Source of the DNA: Rhizobium phage RHph_I72
Sequence record: MN988554.1
Direction: 5' to 3' (one strand)
DNA length: 32,000 nt
The notes beneath the pieces were generated by a model, which saw only the letters and a list, made by a program, of their open reading frames with translations, had not been told where the DNA came from and ran no database searches. Both the position numbers and the translations under genes were made by a program. Numbering within the stretch: the first letter of the stretch is position 1; the number at the start of each line of letters is the position of its first letter. Of the stretch, positions 7,737 through 16,831 are shown piece after piece.

Positions 7737-9787
7737 AGAAACCTATCGTCGGTCAGCTGCCGCTCTTTGAGCCGGTAAGTGAGTGGAAAGCGCCCTCAAT
7801 GTCGGATCTTCCGACGTCCTGGGGTAACGGTCGCGTTGGGCTCGATACCGAGTTCAGGGACGATACGTTGTCCACCCTCGGGCCGGGGGTTCGGCGGGGC
7901 GCCTACATCTGCGGCGTATCGTTCGCAATGGAGGATGGCCCCGCCTTCTATCTCCCGGTTCGACACGCTGGCGGCGGCAATCTCGATCCCAATCAGGTGT
8001 TCGCCTATCTGAGACACCAAGCCAAGAATTTCACCGGCACCATCGTCGGCGCGAACCTCCAGACTGAAATCGACTTCCTTGCTGAAGAGGGCGTTGTCTT
8101 CTCCCGCTTGAGCTGGTTCCGAGATATCCAGGTCGCCGATCCTCTGATCAACGAGCTTCATTACAACTACAGCATGGAGCATATCGCTCAGCGCTGGGAT
8201 ATGCCCGGAAAGGATGAGCGCCTGTTGCTGGAAGCGCTTGCCGCCTACGGTTACACCGACCCGTCCGCAAAGTCCGGGATTTGGGCTCTGAAGGCTTCCC
8301 AGGTCGGACCTTACGCCGAGGAAGACGCCCGATTGCCGCTGAAGATCCTGCGCCGCCAAGAGCGAGCGATTGATGAACAGGATCTCTGGGATATCTACAA
8401 CCTGGAGAGCCGGGTGTTACCGGTGCTGGTAAAGATGCGCCGCCGAGGGGTTGCCGTCTCTGAGGACCGGCTCCAGCAGGTCGATCAGTGGAGCCGCGTT
8501 CAGCAGCAAGAAGCTATCGAAGCTGCCAATCACGGTATCGTCAACAAGCTCTCCTTCCACGACATTACCAATTCCAATAAGCTCGCCGTCGTCCTGCGTG
8601 AGCTCGGGGTGGATCTGCCCAAGACGAGGACCGGGAAGGATAGCGTGACCGCCGCGATCCTGGACGGTCTGAATCATCCCATCGGCGCACATCTGCGACG
8701 GGCGAAGAAGATGAGCACGCTGCGGACGACCTTTGTGGACGGCGTGCGCAAACACCTGACCAACGGTCGCGCTCACTGTACCTTCAATCAGTTGCGCCGG
8801 CAGAAGGACGACGGATCAGGTGAGACCGAGGGCGCCGCCTACGGTCGCTTGTCATCCTCCAACTTCAATTTCCAGAACCAACCGGCCCGAGATCCCGAGA
8901 TTGGTCCAATGTGGCGCTCCATTTATATCCCGGACGGTGATGGCCTTTGGGCAGCGCTCGATTACTCTCAACAGGAACCCCGTCAGGCCGTTCACGCTGC
9001 CGTGGAAGCCGGTCCCCGGCTGATCGGCAACTCGGCCTACCTATCGGCTTGCGAAGCCGCCCGCCGGTATCGGGAAGATCCCACGATGGACTTCCACGAC
9101 ATGATGACCCGGCTGATCCACGGCGAGGATTACCTGGAGAAGAACGGCAAGGCCGCATTCTCGCAGAAGCGAAAGTATGCCAAGCAGGTGTTCCTCGGGC
9201 TGTCCTACGGCATGGGCGGTGCTAAGCTGTGCCGGGATCTCGGATTGCCTACGGCGTGGAAGCTCTCGTGGAAAGAGGGTCGGTCTTGGAGATCGAAGCT
9301 CTATGCGACCTATGACGAGTGCGCGGCGAAAGCGGCTGACGCTAAGGCGGCGGGATATGACTGCCGGTATTGGGAAGCCGCCGGGGTCGAAGGTCAGGAG
9401 ATCATGGACACCTTCGACGGTCGCGTGCCGTTCGTTCGCAAGATGGCCGACGTCATGCAGAAGGAAGCCGCCAAGAATGGATACATCATCACCCTCGGCG
9501 GTCGCCGGTGCCGGTTCCCCGAGAAGGACGGCGAGTATGAATGGCTCCACAAGGCGTTCAACCGCCGTATCCAAGGCGGCTCGGCGGATCAGACCAAGAT
9601 GGCGATGGTTGAGATGGATGCCCAGGGGTTCGATCTCCAGCTACAGGTTCACGATGAAGTGGACCTCACGGTGGAGAGCCGGGAGCACGCCGAGCGCGGC
9701 GCCTACATCATGGAGAACGTCGTCCAGCTCCACGTTCCAATGAAGGTGGACGTTGAGGTTGGACCGTCTTGGGGTGAGGCGGCTTAG
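7733..9787 (+). CDS. family A DNA polymerase with N-terminal 3'-5' exonuclease domain
   Basis: Exo I-like 'VGLDTEF', pol motif A 'ALDYSQQEPR', motif B 'KRKYAKQVFLGLSYG', motif C 'LQVHDEVD'. Confidence 0.95.
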   Translation: MKKPIVGQLPLFEPVSEWKAPSMSDLPTSWGNGRVGLDTEFRDDTLSTLGPGVRRGAYICGVSFAMEDGPAFYLPVRHAGGGNLDPNQVFAYLRHQAKNFTGTIVGANLQTEIDFLAEEGVVFSRLSWFRDIQVADPLINELHYNYSMEHIAQRWDMPGKDERLLLEALAAYGYTDPSAKSGIWALKASQVGPYAEEDARLPLKILRRQERAIDEQDLWDIYNLESRVLPVLVKMRRRGVAVSEDRLQQVDQWSRVQQQEAIEAANHGIVNKLSFHDITNSNKLAVVLRELGVDLPKTRTGKDSVTAAILDGLNHPIGAHLRRAKKMSTLRTTFVDGVRKHLTNGRAHCTFNQLRRQKDDGSGETEGAAYGRLSSSNFNFQNQPARDPEIGPMWRSIYIPDGDGLWAALDYSQQEPRQAVHAAVEAGPRLIGNSAYLSACEAARRYREDPTMDFHDMMTRLIHGEDYLEKNGKAAFSQKRKYAKQVFLGLSYGMGGAKLCRDLGLPTAWKLSWKEGRSWRSKLYATYDECAAKAADAKAAGYDCRYWEAAGVEGQEIMDTFDGRVPFVRKMADVMQKEAAKNGYIITLGGRRCRFPEKDGEYEWLHKAFNRRIQGGSADQTKMAMVEMDAQGFDLQLQVHDEVDLTVESREHAERGAYIMENVVQLHVPMKVDVEVGPSWGEAA

Positions 9788-9823
9788 CAACTGAATAATC
9801 TTTCCCCGGTCCCCCGGGGCGGA

Positions 9824-9829
9824 TAGCTT
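9824..9829 (+). promoter_or_regulatory. possible -10-like element (GGATAGCTT) downstream of GC-rich hairpin CCCCGG-N4-CCGGGG (9804-9819)
   Basis: Intergenic; similar in layout to the element at 3356-3384. Confidence 0.25.
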
Positions 9830-9855
9830 AGGGATCTCAGAAAGGGAGAATCACC

Positions 9856-10284
9856 GTGAATAAGCAGTTTCTTGAGCACTATCGCAGGCTCGCTCTTTCT
9901 GAGTCCTGCCTTAGCGCTGATCCCTCCACCAAGGTCGGTGCCGTTGTTGCCTTCGGGTTGAGCCACTGCTGGACCGGATACAATCACCTGCTTCCCGGCA
10001 CGCCGAAAGAATACTGGTATGACCGGGAGAAGAAATACAAGTTTGTCGTCCATGCCGAGGTCGCCGCGATCCGGTCGGCGGGGATGGGCGTCCACGGCGG
10101 CACTCTCTTCTGTACCGCTCACCCCTGTAAGGAATGTGCCAAGCTGATTGTTGCCTCGGGTATCCGCTGCGTGGTCTGCCCCGGCGAGCCCTGGAGAGAC
10201 GATCCAGCTGTCATCGAAACCGTGAACGACGCCAAGGAGATCTTCGTCACCTGCCGCGTCGCAACCCTTTATCACAAGGACTGA
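9856..10284 (+). CDS. dCMP/cytidine deaminase family protein
   Basis: Zn-site motifs 'HAEVAAI' and 'PCKECAKLI', preceded by 'DPSTKVGAVV'. GTG start. Confidence 0.9.
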   Translation: MNKQFLEHYRRLALSESCLSADPSTKVGAVVAFGLSHCWTGYNHLLPGTPKEYWYDREKKYKFVVHAEVAAIRSAGMGVHGGTLFCTAHPCKECAKLIVASGIRCVVCPGEPWRDDPAVIETVNDAKEIFVTCRVATLYHKD

Positions 10285-10286
10285 CC

Positions 10287-10739
10287 ATGTTCATCCGAGA
10301 ATTTCAAGCCCGCGTCCTCACGTGGATGGAGCGCGCCTTCAGCCCCGGAACGGTCAAGAACCGGCGGGAACGGGCGTTCCGCTTCCTGGAGGAGAGCCTG
10401 GAGCTGTTCCAGAGCCTTGACTGCACTCAGGAGGAAGCCCAGGCGCTCGTTGAGTACGTGTTTGGGCGACCGAAGGGTGAGACCTACCAGGAGGTTGGCG
10501 GTGTGAGCCTTACGCTCGCCGCTCTCTGCTCGGCGGCGGGGATCGATTTCTCAAACGCGGCTCATGATGAGCTGGAGCGAGTGAACAGCCCCGAGGTTCT
10601 GGAGAAGATCCGGGCCAAGCGGGCTAATCGACTTGTCCCAGGCGACTACAGCTGCGAGCATACGAGGGTCTTGGACCCTGATCCCCAGAACCCCGGCGGA
10701 ACGATCTGCACAAAGTGTGGCGAGGTTCTTCCGTTCTGA
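10287..10739 (+). CDS. MazG-like nucleotide pyrophosphohydrolase domain protein
   Basis: 'RFLEESLELFQ...EVGGVSLTLAALCSAAGIDFSNAAHDELERVNSPEVLEKIRAKR'; ATG at 10287 follows the deaminase stop. The track start at 10134 is over-extended. Confidence 0.65.
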   Translation: MFIREFQARVLTWMERAFSPGTVKNRRERAFRFLEESLELFQSLDCTQEEAQALVEYVFGRPKGETYQEVGGVSLTLAALCSAAGIDFSNAAHDELERVNSPEVLEKIRAKRANRLVPGDYSCEHTRVLDPDPQNPGGTICTKCGEVLPF

Positions 10740-11152
10740 TGCCTAACGAAGCACAGATGTGGACGAGGCTGCGACCGGCGATGGTTGAGCTCGATATGGA
10801 TCCACTGCGCATCGAGAACCGTGTTCACGCCGGCACCCCTGACGTCAATTTCGTTGAGGGGTGGGCTGAGCTGAAGCATACCGACCGGTGGCCCAAACGA
10901 GGCGGGCCGCTCAGGCTGGTTCATCCCCCCACACCTCAGCAAATCGTCTGGGCGACCCGGCGGTGGAATTGCGGCGGTAATACCTGGCTGGTGCTGCGCG
11001 TCGGTCAGGAATGGTACGCCTTCCATGGCAACCGGATCTATGAGCTTTGGGGCGGCGGGAGAGCGCCGACCAAGACGGAAATTGAGACTACAGCGGCGGC
11101 TGCGAGCGTCCACCCCCTGGATATCGCAAGAGCATTGAAGGCAGGCAGATGA
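10739..11152 (+). CDS. VRR-NUC / PD-(D/E)XK-like nuclease
   Basis: 'ENRVHAGTPDVNFVEGWAELKHT...PTPQQIVW' fits the G-x-P-D...E-x-K...Q layout. ATG at 10739 overlaps the upstream TGA. Confidence 0.65.
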   Translation: MPNEAQMWTRLRPAMVELDMDPLRIENRVHAGTPDVNFVEGWAELKHTDRWPKRGGPLRLVHPPTPQQIVWATRRWNCGGNTWLVLRVGQEWYAFHGNRIYELWGGGRAPTKTEIETTAAAASVHPLDIARALKAGR

Positions 11153-13509
11153 TTAAGGGCGATACCTCGGCAGCAATCCAATTCCTCCAGGCTTGGAGCC
11201 CGGACGATCCCTGGCAGTTGACCGCGATTGTTCCGGACGGGCGCGTCACAACCACGACATTCGACGGCGAGGACCGGGTAAAGCGCGCTCGCAAGTGGAT
11301 TGAAGAGCGCAACGGGCGGGAGAATATCTATTTCACCGTCAACCCACTGATCCAAGCCAAGAACGTCAAGGCGACCAAGACCGAGATCCGCGGCATGCGC
11401 TGGCTCCATGTCGATCTTGACCCGCGACCGGGTGAGGATCTTGATGCCGAGCGGGAGCGGGCTGAGAGGTTGCTGCGGGAATTTAAACCCGCCCCCACAG
11501 TCATTATTGACAGCGGCGGCGGGTTCCAAGGTTTCTGGCTCCTGGATCGCGAGCAGACTACCAACGGCTCGGAAGAGAAAGCCGCCGAGCTGGAGGCTTA
11601 CAACCTCCAGATTGAAGTGCTCCTCGGCGCCGATAGCTGCCACAATATTGACCGTATCATGCGCCTTCCCGGGACGGTCAACCTACCGAACGAGAAGAAG
11701 CGCAAGAAGGGCCGGATTGAGCGCCTGGCGATCATCGTTGACGAGGATTGGGATAGGGTTTACCGGCTTGGGCAATTCACCCCGGCGCCCCGCGTCCAGA
11801 GCCGGGAGCCGACCGGAAGCGGTCCCCAGGTCAAGATCTCGGGCAACCTCCCTTCGATCATGCTGGAGGATCTCCCGCCGGGGGTGTCGTCCCGGACGAA
11901 AGCTCTGATCGTGAACGGCAACGATGTGGACGACCCCGGGCGCTATCCCTCACGATCTGAGGTTTTGTTCGCCGTTCTCTGCGAGATGATCCGGGGCGGC
12001 TGTACCGACGATCAGATTGCGGCGGTCATCATGGATCCGGACTATCGGATCAGCGATCACGTTCTGGAGCAGCCCAGGCCTCAGTCCTACGTCGCTCGAC
12101 AGATCCAGCGCGCTCACGAGGAAGCGATTGACCCCTGGCTGCGCAAGCTGAACGAGGCTCACGCGGTTATCGAAGATATCGGCGGGCGCTGCCGGGTGAT
12201 ATCGGAAGTCATGGACTATTCGTTGAACCGCACCCGGATCTCGCGCCAGTCGTTTGACGACTTCCGGAACAGGTACATGCACCTGAATACCGTCGTGGGG
12301 GTCGATAAGGATGGAAACGAAGTCAAGATGCCAGTCGGCAAATGGTGGCTCCTCAATTCCGCCCGTCGCCAGTACCGGACAATCATGTTCGCTCCCGGCA
12401 AGGAGATCTCGGACAGCTACAACCTTTGGACCGGGTTCGCCTGCGAAGCTCGGCCTGGCGATTGCTCTAAGCTCCTCAGTCACATCCATGACAACGTCTG
12501 TTCCGGCAACGAGGAATACGCCGAGTATCTGATCAACTGGATGGCCCGCTGCGTTCAGCACCCGGATAGCCCGGGGATGGTCGCCGTCATCTTACGAGGG
12601 AGAATGGGCGTTGGTAAGAGTTTCGTCATCAAGGCTTTCGGATCTCTTTGGGGCCGGCACTTCCTACAGGTATCTGACCCTAAGCATCTCGTTGGATCGT
12701 TCAACGCTCACCTCAGAGATTGTGTGGTCCTATTCGGGGACGAGGCTTTCTATGCGGGCGACAAGAAGCATGAAAGCATTCTCAAGACGATGGTCACCGA
12801 AGAAACCATCATGATCGAAGGGAAGGGCGTTGATGCCGAGATCGCGCCGAACTACGTTCACCTGATGATGGCGTCGAACGGGGAATGGGTTGTCCCCGCC
12901 GGGGTCGATGATCGCCGCTTCTTCGTCCTGGACGTCGGCTCCAGCAAGATGCAAAACAAGGAATACTTCGCCGATATCCAGAAGCAATTGGACGGCGGCG
13001 GTCGTGAGGCATTCCTTCATTATCTGATGACCAAGGATATCAGCGGCTTTGAGGTGAGGCATTACCCCAAGACGACGGCGCTCCAGGAACAGAAGGTGCT
13101 GTCCATGAGCCCCGAGGAGCAGTGGTGGTTCGAAAAGCTCGTTGACGGGACGCTCCAGGGAGACAGCTGGGCCGGGGAAGTGCCCAAAGCAGAGATTCAG
13201 CGCGACTACATCAATTATGCGACGCGGCAGAAGGTCATGCGACCGGCGAGCCCGACCGGCTTGGGCAAGTTCCTCCAGCGCGTCCTACCGGCTCAATACC
13301 CTCGGGCGTTCCAGAAGATGGGGGAGATTGAATATCAGGACCGGACGGGCATGCCGATCTACAAGCGGGCCAAGATCTGGTATTACGAATTCCCGAGCCT
13401 GGAGCAGGCTCGCAGCTTCTGGGATGAACGTTTCGGCGGGCCGTATGCTTGGCCGAAGATCCACGAGAACCTTGAAGAAGAAACCAAGGACTCAGACACC
13501 CCGTTCTAA
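11149..13509 (+). CDS. primase (RepB/AEP-like) fused to DUF5906/SF3-type helicase
   Basis: 'RWLHVDLDPR', 'DSGGGFQGFWLL' and 'IDRIMRLPGTVNLPN' (prim-pol type), then Walker A 'LRGRMGVGKSFVIKAFGSLWG' and 'VLFGDEAFYAGDKKHESILKTMVT'. Confidence 0.85.
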   Translation: MIKGDTSAAIQFLQAWSPDDPWQLTAIVPDGRVTTTTFDGEDRVKRARKWIEERNGRENIYFTVNPLIQAKNVKATKTEIRGMRWLHVDLDPRPGEDLDAERERAERLLREFKPAPTVIIDSGGGFQGFWLLDREQTTNGSEEKAAELEAYNLQIEVLLGADSCHNIDRIMRLPGTVNLPNEKKRKKGRIERLAIIVDEDWDRVYRLGQFTPAPRVQSREPTGSGPQVKISGNLPSIMLEDLPPGVSSRTKALIVNGNDVDDPGRYPSRSEVLFAVLCEMIRGGCTDDQIAAVIMDPDYRISDHVLEQPRPQSYVARQIQRAHEEAIDPWLRKLNEAHAVIEDIGGRCRVISEVMDYSLNRTRISRQSFDDFRNRYMHLNTVVGVDKDGNEVKMPVGKWWLLNSARRQYRTIMFAPGKEISDSYNLWTGFACEARPGDCSKLLSHIHDNVCSGNEEYAEYLINWMARCVQHPDSPGMVAVILRGRMGVGKSFVIKAFGSLWGRHFLQVSDPKHLVGSFNAHLRDCVVLFGDEAFYAGDKKHESILKTMVTEETIMIEGKGVDAEIAPNYVHLMMASNGEWVVPAGVDDRRFFVLDVGSSKMQNKEYFADIQKQLDGGGREAFLHYLMTKDISGFEVRHYPKTTALQEQKVLSMSPEEQWWFEKLVDGTLQGDSWAGEVPKAEIQRDYINYATRQKVMRPASPTGLGKFLQRVLPAQYPRAFQKMGEIEYQDRTGMPIYKRAKIWYYEFPSLEQARSFWDERFGGPYAWPKIHENLEEETKDSDTPF

Positions 13510-13539
13510 TGGTGGAACGGTCAGAAAAGGAGAATTGAA

Positions 13540-14313
13540 ATGGGTAAAGAGATAACTGTTGATGTTTTGAAGGGATACTTCAAAGCTCTCGATGCGGGCG
13601 ACGTTCCGGACCCGGCGACCGCCCTTTACGCCTACTTGCGAATGGATGGGTATATTGACGATCCGCTTAAAGGCAGAGAGACTGCGCAAGGACGGATCAA
13701 CCGGCTGGCAACGGCGCTCAATATCGCCCTACCGATGGACGCCACGTTGAGGGTGTTTTCGACCGGGACGCGGGTGGAGATCCGACCGGCGAACGGCAAT
13801 TATTATGATCCGGGGCTCGATCAGGTCGCCGAGTTTTCGAAGGCGTTTGATGCGCATATCGCGGATGAGCCGGGGGTGCCAAGAGTGGACCGCGCATCTC
13901 AGGAGGATATCGAAAACTTCGTCAAGGAGGCAGCGCGGTATGGGCGATGGCTGAAGGATCTCGCTGCCGGCGCTAAGGCTCGGGGGGACGAGGCAGGAGC
14001 CTTATTGTTAATAAGGCTTCAGCTATGCCAGGAGGAGCTTGCCGAGCTGGCAGACGCCATGGCTAAGCGCGATATCGTCGGTTGCCTGGACGCTCTTGTG
14101 GATATGTCCTACGTCGGTGACGGCACATATCTCTCGCTGGGCCTCGGGCCGTATAAGCTCGCTGGGTACGCCGAGGTTCACCGGTCGAATATGTCGAAGC
14201 TCGACAATGAAGGCAAACCCATCATCTCTGATGCTGGGCGCGTTATCAAAGGCCCCAACTACTCCAAACCGGATCTCGCGTCTGTTTTGGGCTTATCGAA
14301 GGAGGATAGCTGA
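13540..14313 (+). CDS. phosphoribosyl-ATP pyrophosphohydrolase/MazG-like protein
   Basis: 'LIRLQLCQEELAELADAMAKRDIVGCLDALVDMSYVGDGTYLSLGL' and 'AEVHRSNMSKLDNEGKPI' match the all-alpha NTP pyrophosphatase pattern. Confidence 0.75.
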   Translation: MGKEITVDVLKGYFKALDAGDVPDPATALYAYLRMDGYIDDPLKGRETAQGRINRLATALNIALPMDATLRVFSTGTRVEIRPANGNYYDPGLDQVAEFSKAFDAHIADEPGVPRVDRASQEDIENFVKEAARYGRWLKDLAAGAKARGDEAGALLLIRLQLCQEELAELADAMAKRDIVGCLDALVDMSYVGDGTYLSLGLGPYKLAGYAEVHRSNMSKLDNEGKPIISDAGRVIKGPNYSKPDLASVLGLSKEDS

Positions 14314-14516
14314 TGCGCTACGTCCAGCATATCATCGAAGGAGGGCCAAAAGAGTTGATGAACCTTCTCAACAGCTTCTCCCCCTCAGATCGGGTGATTC
14401 ATATTGAGAAGGGTCGCTTTGGTAAATGGCATGGCCTCGATGAAGAATACGAGTGGGGTTACATGGTCATTACCGAAACCGTATCTGTCACCGCAACCAT
14501 CTCAGTAGGAGTTTAA
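14313..14516 (+). CDS. small hypothetical protein
   Basis: 67 aa ORF; start overlaps the upstream stop. Confidence 0.5.
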   Translation: MRYVQHIIEGGPKELMNLLNSFSPSDRVIHIEKGRFGKWHGLDEEYEWGYMVITETVSVTATISVGV

Positions 14517-14519
14517 AAC

Positions 14520-15242
14520 ATGGACGCTATGCTTGATCTGGAGACGTTATCGACGTCTCCCTCACCCGTTATCCTCACCGTTGGGCTTTGCGCCTTCGAC
14601 CCAGAAGGGACCGGCCTTGCCGGCCCTAGCCTTGAGCTTCAGATCAATCCTGACGATGGGATCAAGGCGGGGCTCGATGTGGACTGGTCCACGGTCTATT
14701 TCTGGATGACCCAGAGCGACGAAGCCCAGGCAGGGCTTCCGCGTCCCGGGCTCGGGCTCTCGCTGCCGATGGCGCTCCAGCTCGTCAGCAATTGGTTCCG
14801 GTCCAACAATATCACTCACGTGTGGTCGAATGGCGCATCAGCCGACGTCCCCTGGCTGGAAAGCTCCTTCCGGGCGGTCGGGATGAAGGTGCCGTGGGGC
14901 TATAGCAAGGTGCTGGACGTCCGAACCCTGAAGTGGATCACTTGCGGGAACGTTGAAAAGCGCGAACCCGAGGTTGCTCATAACTGCCTGAGCGATGCTC
15001 AGGCACAGGCTCTATGGGTCCAGGATATGATGCGCGTCATCAACGGGAAGAGAATGGCGGCTCCCTGGGAGGAGGAGCGGGAGCCGCCGAAGGCCGAGGC
15101 GGGAGGGATGGCCCCGGCTGATTCAACGGTAGACGCTCCCCCGGCGGACGTCAATGACCGTCCTATGTCTGCGAACACAATATCAACGGTTTCGGTCGCG
15201 GACGATCTGCGGCTGGTTCCCCGACAATCACCACCTTGGTAA
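14520..15242 (+). CDS. 3'-5' exonuclease (Rv2179c/exoDNase VIII-like, DnaQ fold)
   Basis: 'DAMLDLETLSTSPSPVILTVGLCAFDP', 'WSNGASADVPWLESSFRAVG', 'LDVRTL' and 'AHNCLSDAQAQALW'. Confidence 0.75.
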   Translation: MDAMLDLETLSTSPSPVILTVGLCAFDPEGTGLAGPSLELQINPDDGIKAGLDVDWSTVYFWMTQSDEAQAGLPRPGLGLSLPMALQLVSNWFRSNNITHVWSNGASADVPWLESSFRAVGMKVPWGYSKVLDVRTLKWITCGNVEKREPEVAHNCLSDAQAQALWVQDMMRVINGKRMAAPWEEEREPPKAEAGGMAPADSTVDAPPADVNDRPMSANTISTVSVADDLRLVPRQSPPW

Positions 15243-15271
15243 AATAAACGACAAGATTGGTTCAACCCACT

Positions 15272-15322
15272 TGACTTCAGCGGGGATAAGGTCTAAGTTG
15301 GCTTTATCCCCGGTAGTCGGGG
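15272..15322 (+). promoter_or_regulatory. possible promoter TTGACT-N17-TAAGTT with overlapping inverted repeat CGGGGATAA-N13-TTATCCCCG
   Basis: -35 at 15272-15277, -10 at 15295-15300; 9-bp arms at 15282-15290 and 15304-15312; intergenic. Confidence 0.5.
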
Positions 15323-15335
15323 TTGGAGAACCGAC

Positions 15336-15482
15336 GTGAAGCGCACCTACACCTACTTCTTAAACTACATTCCCTTCGGTTCTTTCCAGGCTTCTAGCCT
15401 GCTCGCCGCCATCAAGATCGCCGAGAAGCTCGCTACCGATCAGGGCCTCAACGCTTCGCTCGTAACCGTCCGCGAAGCTTAA
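15336..15482 (+). CDS. small hypothetical protein (48 aa)
   Basis: GTG start after GGAG; VKRTYTYFLNYIPFGSFQASSLLAAIKIAEKLATDQGLNASLVTVREA. Not in the supplied ORF track. Confidence 0.5.
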   Translation: MKRTYTYFLNYIPFGSFQASSLLAAIKIAEKLATDQGLNASLVTVREA

Positions 15483-15507
15483 ACCAACCTTAGAAATGGA
15501 GCATCAC

Positions 15508-15792
15508 ATGTCGAAGCTTTCCGACGCAATTCTTGAAGTCCTTCTCACCGGCGGCAAGTTCCAGGAGCCGGGCAAAGCGGCTTTCGAAGCGATCACAGAG
15601 ACGGATCTCATGGCCGGTCTTCGCGAGCGCGGCTGGAAGCTTCCCCCGGCAGGTTACTTCCTCGGCGAAGTCCGGGACGCGGGTTTCAAGGTCACGCAGG
15701 GCCAACACTTTCCGAACAAGGTCCACCGGACCTACGACGACGGGTCGAAGGGTCGCACCCTCGCCGCTTTCCAGACAATCATCTATCTCTGA
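15508..15792 (+). CDS. hypothetical protein
   Basis: 94 aa with start revised to 15508 (MSKLSDAILEVL). The track start at 15496 overlaps the GGAG ribosome-binding site. Confidence 0.6.
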   Translation: MSKLSDAILEVLLTGGKFQEPGKAAFEAITETDLMAGLRERGWKLPPAGYFLGEVRDAGFKVTQGQHFPNKVHRTYDDGSKGRTLAAFQTIIYL

Positions 15793-15805
15793 GGGGGATC
15801 GACCA

Positions 15806-16036
15806 ATGACCGGACCTTTCTACATTATCAACAAGCACTCCGATTACCAGCGCCAGGCTCGCCACGGCGGGCCACAGTCCCTCCATCTCAGCGGGAATTG
15901 GGAGAACCGTCAGTATGCCGAACGGTTTTCTACCAAGGAAAAAGCAGATAAAATGCTGGCCTACTGGCGGCACAATAACCAGTTTGAAGGCCGGGTGATC
16001 GATCACCAGACCGCTATGGAAATGGGGGACGACTGA
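15806..16036 (+). CDS. small hypothetical protein
   Basis: 76 aa (MTGPFYIINKHSDYQRQARHGG...), start chosen downstream of GAGGGGGAT. Confidence 0.55.
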   Translation: MTGPFYIINKHSDYQRQARHGGPQSLHLSGNWENRQYAERFSTKEKADKMLAYWRHNNQFEGRVIDHQTAMEMGDD

Positions 16037-16278
16037 TGAAGATCCAGGTTTTTAAATACACGTCCGGTCTGTCTCAGATCCAGGTCGATGAGCGTCTGCT
16101 CATCGACGGGGCGACCGGTCGGACGTGGCAAGGCCATACGACCGAGCTTGCTCAGGTTGTTAAGGCGCTCCAGGGCTGGGAAAGCATGAAGATCGCTGGA
16201 ATGGTCGTCGGCGTAGATCCGGCGAGCGGGCCGGATCGGTCGGGGACGTGGTACGGTGAAAGCTATCGGGAGTTTTGA
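16036..16278 (+). CDS. small hypothetical protein
   Basis: 80 aa; start and stop overlap the neighbours. Confidence 0.55.
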   Translation: MKIQVFKYTSGLSQIQVDERLLIDGATGRTWQGHTTELAQVVKALQGWESMKIAGMVVGVDPASGPDRSGTWYGESYREF

Positions 16279-16415
16279 TGATGACTACGAAACTTGCTTG
16301 GCTTGCTCTCGCTGCTTCCCTCGCCGTCCTTGTTTGGGCGATCTTCGCCGACCATTCGATGGGCAAGTGCCTTGAAACTCATTCGCAGGAAACCTGCGTC
16401 AACCAACTGAGGTGA
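16278..16415 (+). CDS. small membrane protein (45 aa) with N-terminal hydrophobic segment and two C-terminal Cys
   Basis: MMTTKLAWLALAASLAVLVWAIFADHSMGKCLETHSQETCVNQLR; start overlaps the upstream TGA. Not in the ORF track. Confidence 0.45.
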   Translation: MMTTKLAWLALAASLAVLVWAIFADHSMGKCLETHSQETCVNQLR

Positions 16416-16419
16416 TGAA

Positions 16420-16614
16420 ATGAAAATCGAAACGAGAAACTACTCGCTTATTTCTCTCAGGGAGGGTGGATTTGTTATAACTCACAAAGCCAGCTCAAAG
16501 TCCCGGTTTGTAAGAGCAATCCCGACAATCTTGGCGCGGGAGAAAACGCCCCACCGCGTCCTTGAAGACACTCTGGGCACTCTACTCGAACATGGGGAAG
16601 CTGCTTTATCATGA
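16420..16614 (+). CDS. small hypothetical protein
   Basis: 64 aa ORF; its stop overlaps the start of the next small ORF. Confidence 0.45.
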   Translation: MKIETRNYSLISLREGGFVITHKASSKSRFVRAIPTILAREKTPHRVLEDTLGTLLEHGEAALS

Positions 16615-16721
16615 TCTACGAGATCCTAAACGACCTGCTTCACGCCTACCCCTGGGTAGCGGTCGGAAGCATGGGTTATGCCTTCCTCCTGTACGCTGCT
16701 ACAGCGATCTGGAGGCTGTAA
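16611..16721 (+). CDS. tiny predicted single-pass membrane protein (36 aa)
   Basis: MIYEILNDLLHAYPWVAVGSMGYAFLLYAATAIWRL; ATGA overlap at the start and TAATG overlap at the end. Confidence 0.45.
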   Translation: MIYEILNDLLHAYPWVAVGSMGYAFLLYAATAIWRL

Positions 16722-16831
16722 TGGCTACCTTTTGGATAGGCGCGGCGATCCTCGCCGGGGTTCTTGCCCTACTCTATGCAATCGGCGAGATCGGACGCCG
16801 GATCACGGATCAAGAAGGAGATCAGGAATAA
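16721..16831 (+). CDS. tiny predicted single-pass membrane protein (36 aa)
   Basis: MATFWIGAAILAGVLALLYAIGEIGRRITDQEGDQE; TAATG overlap with the upstream ORF. Confidence 0.5.
   Translation: MATFWIGAAILAGVLALLYAIGEIGRRITDQEGDQE

Noticed and set aside
9041-9743. Overlapping frames within the DNA polymerase gene (177 aa minus, 188 aa plus)
   Set aside because: Polymerase motifs A, B and C are read in the 7733-9787 frame; alternate frames are Arg/Ser-rich noise.
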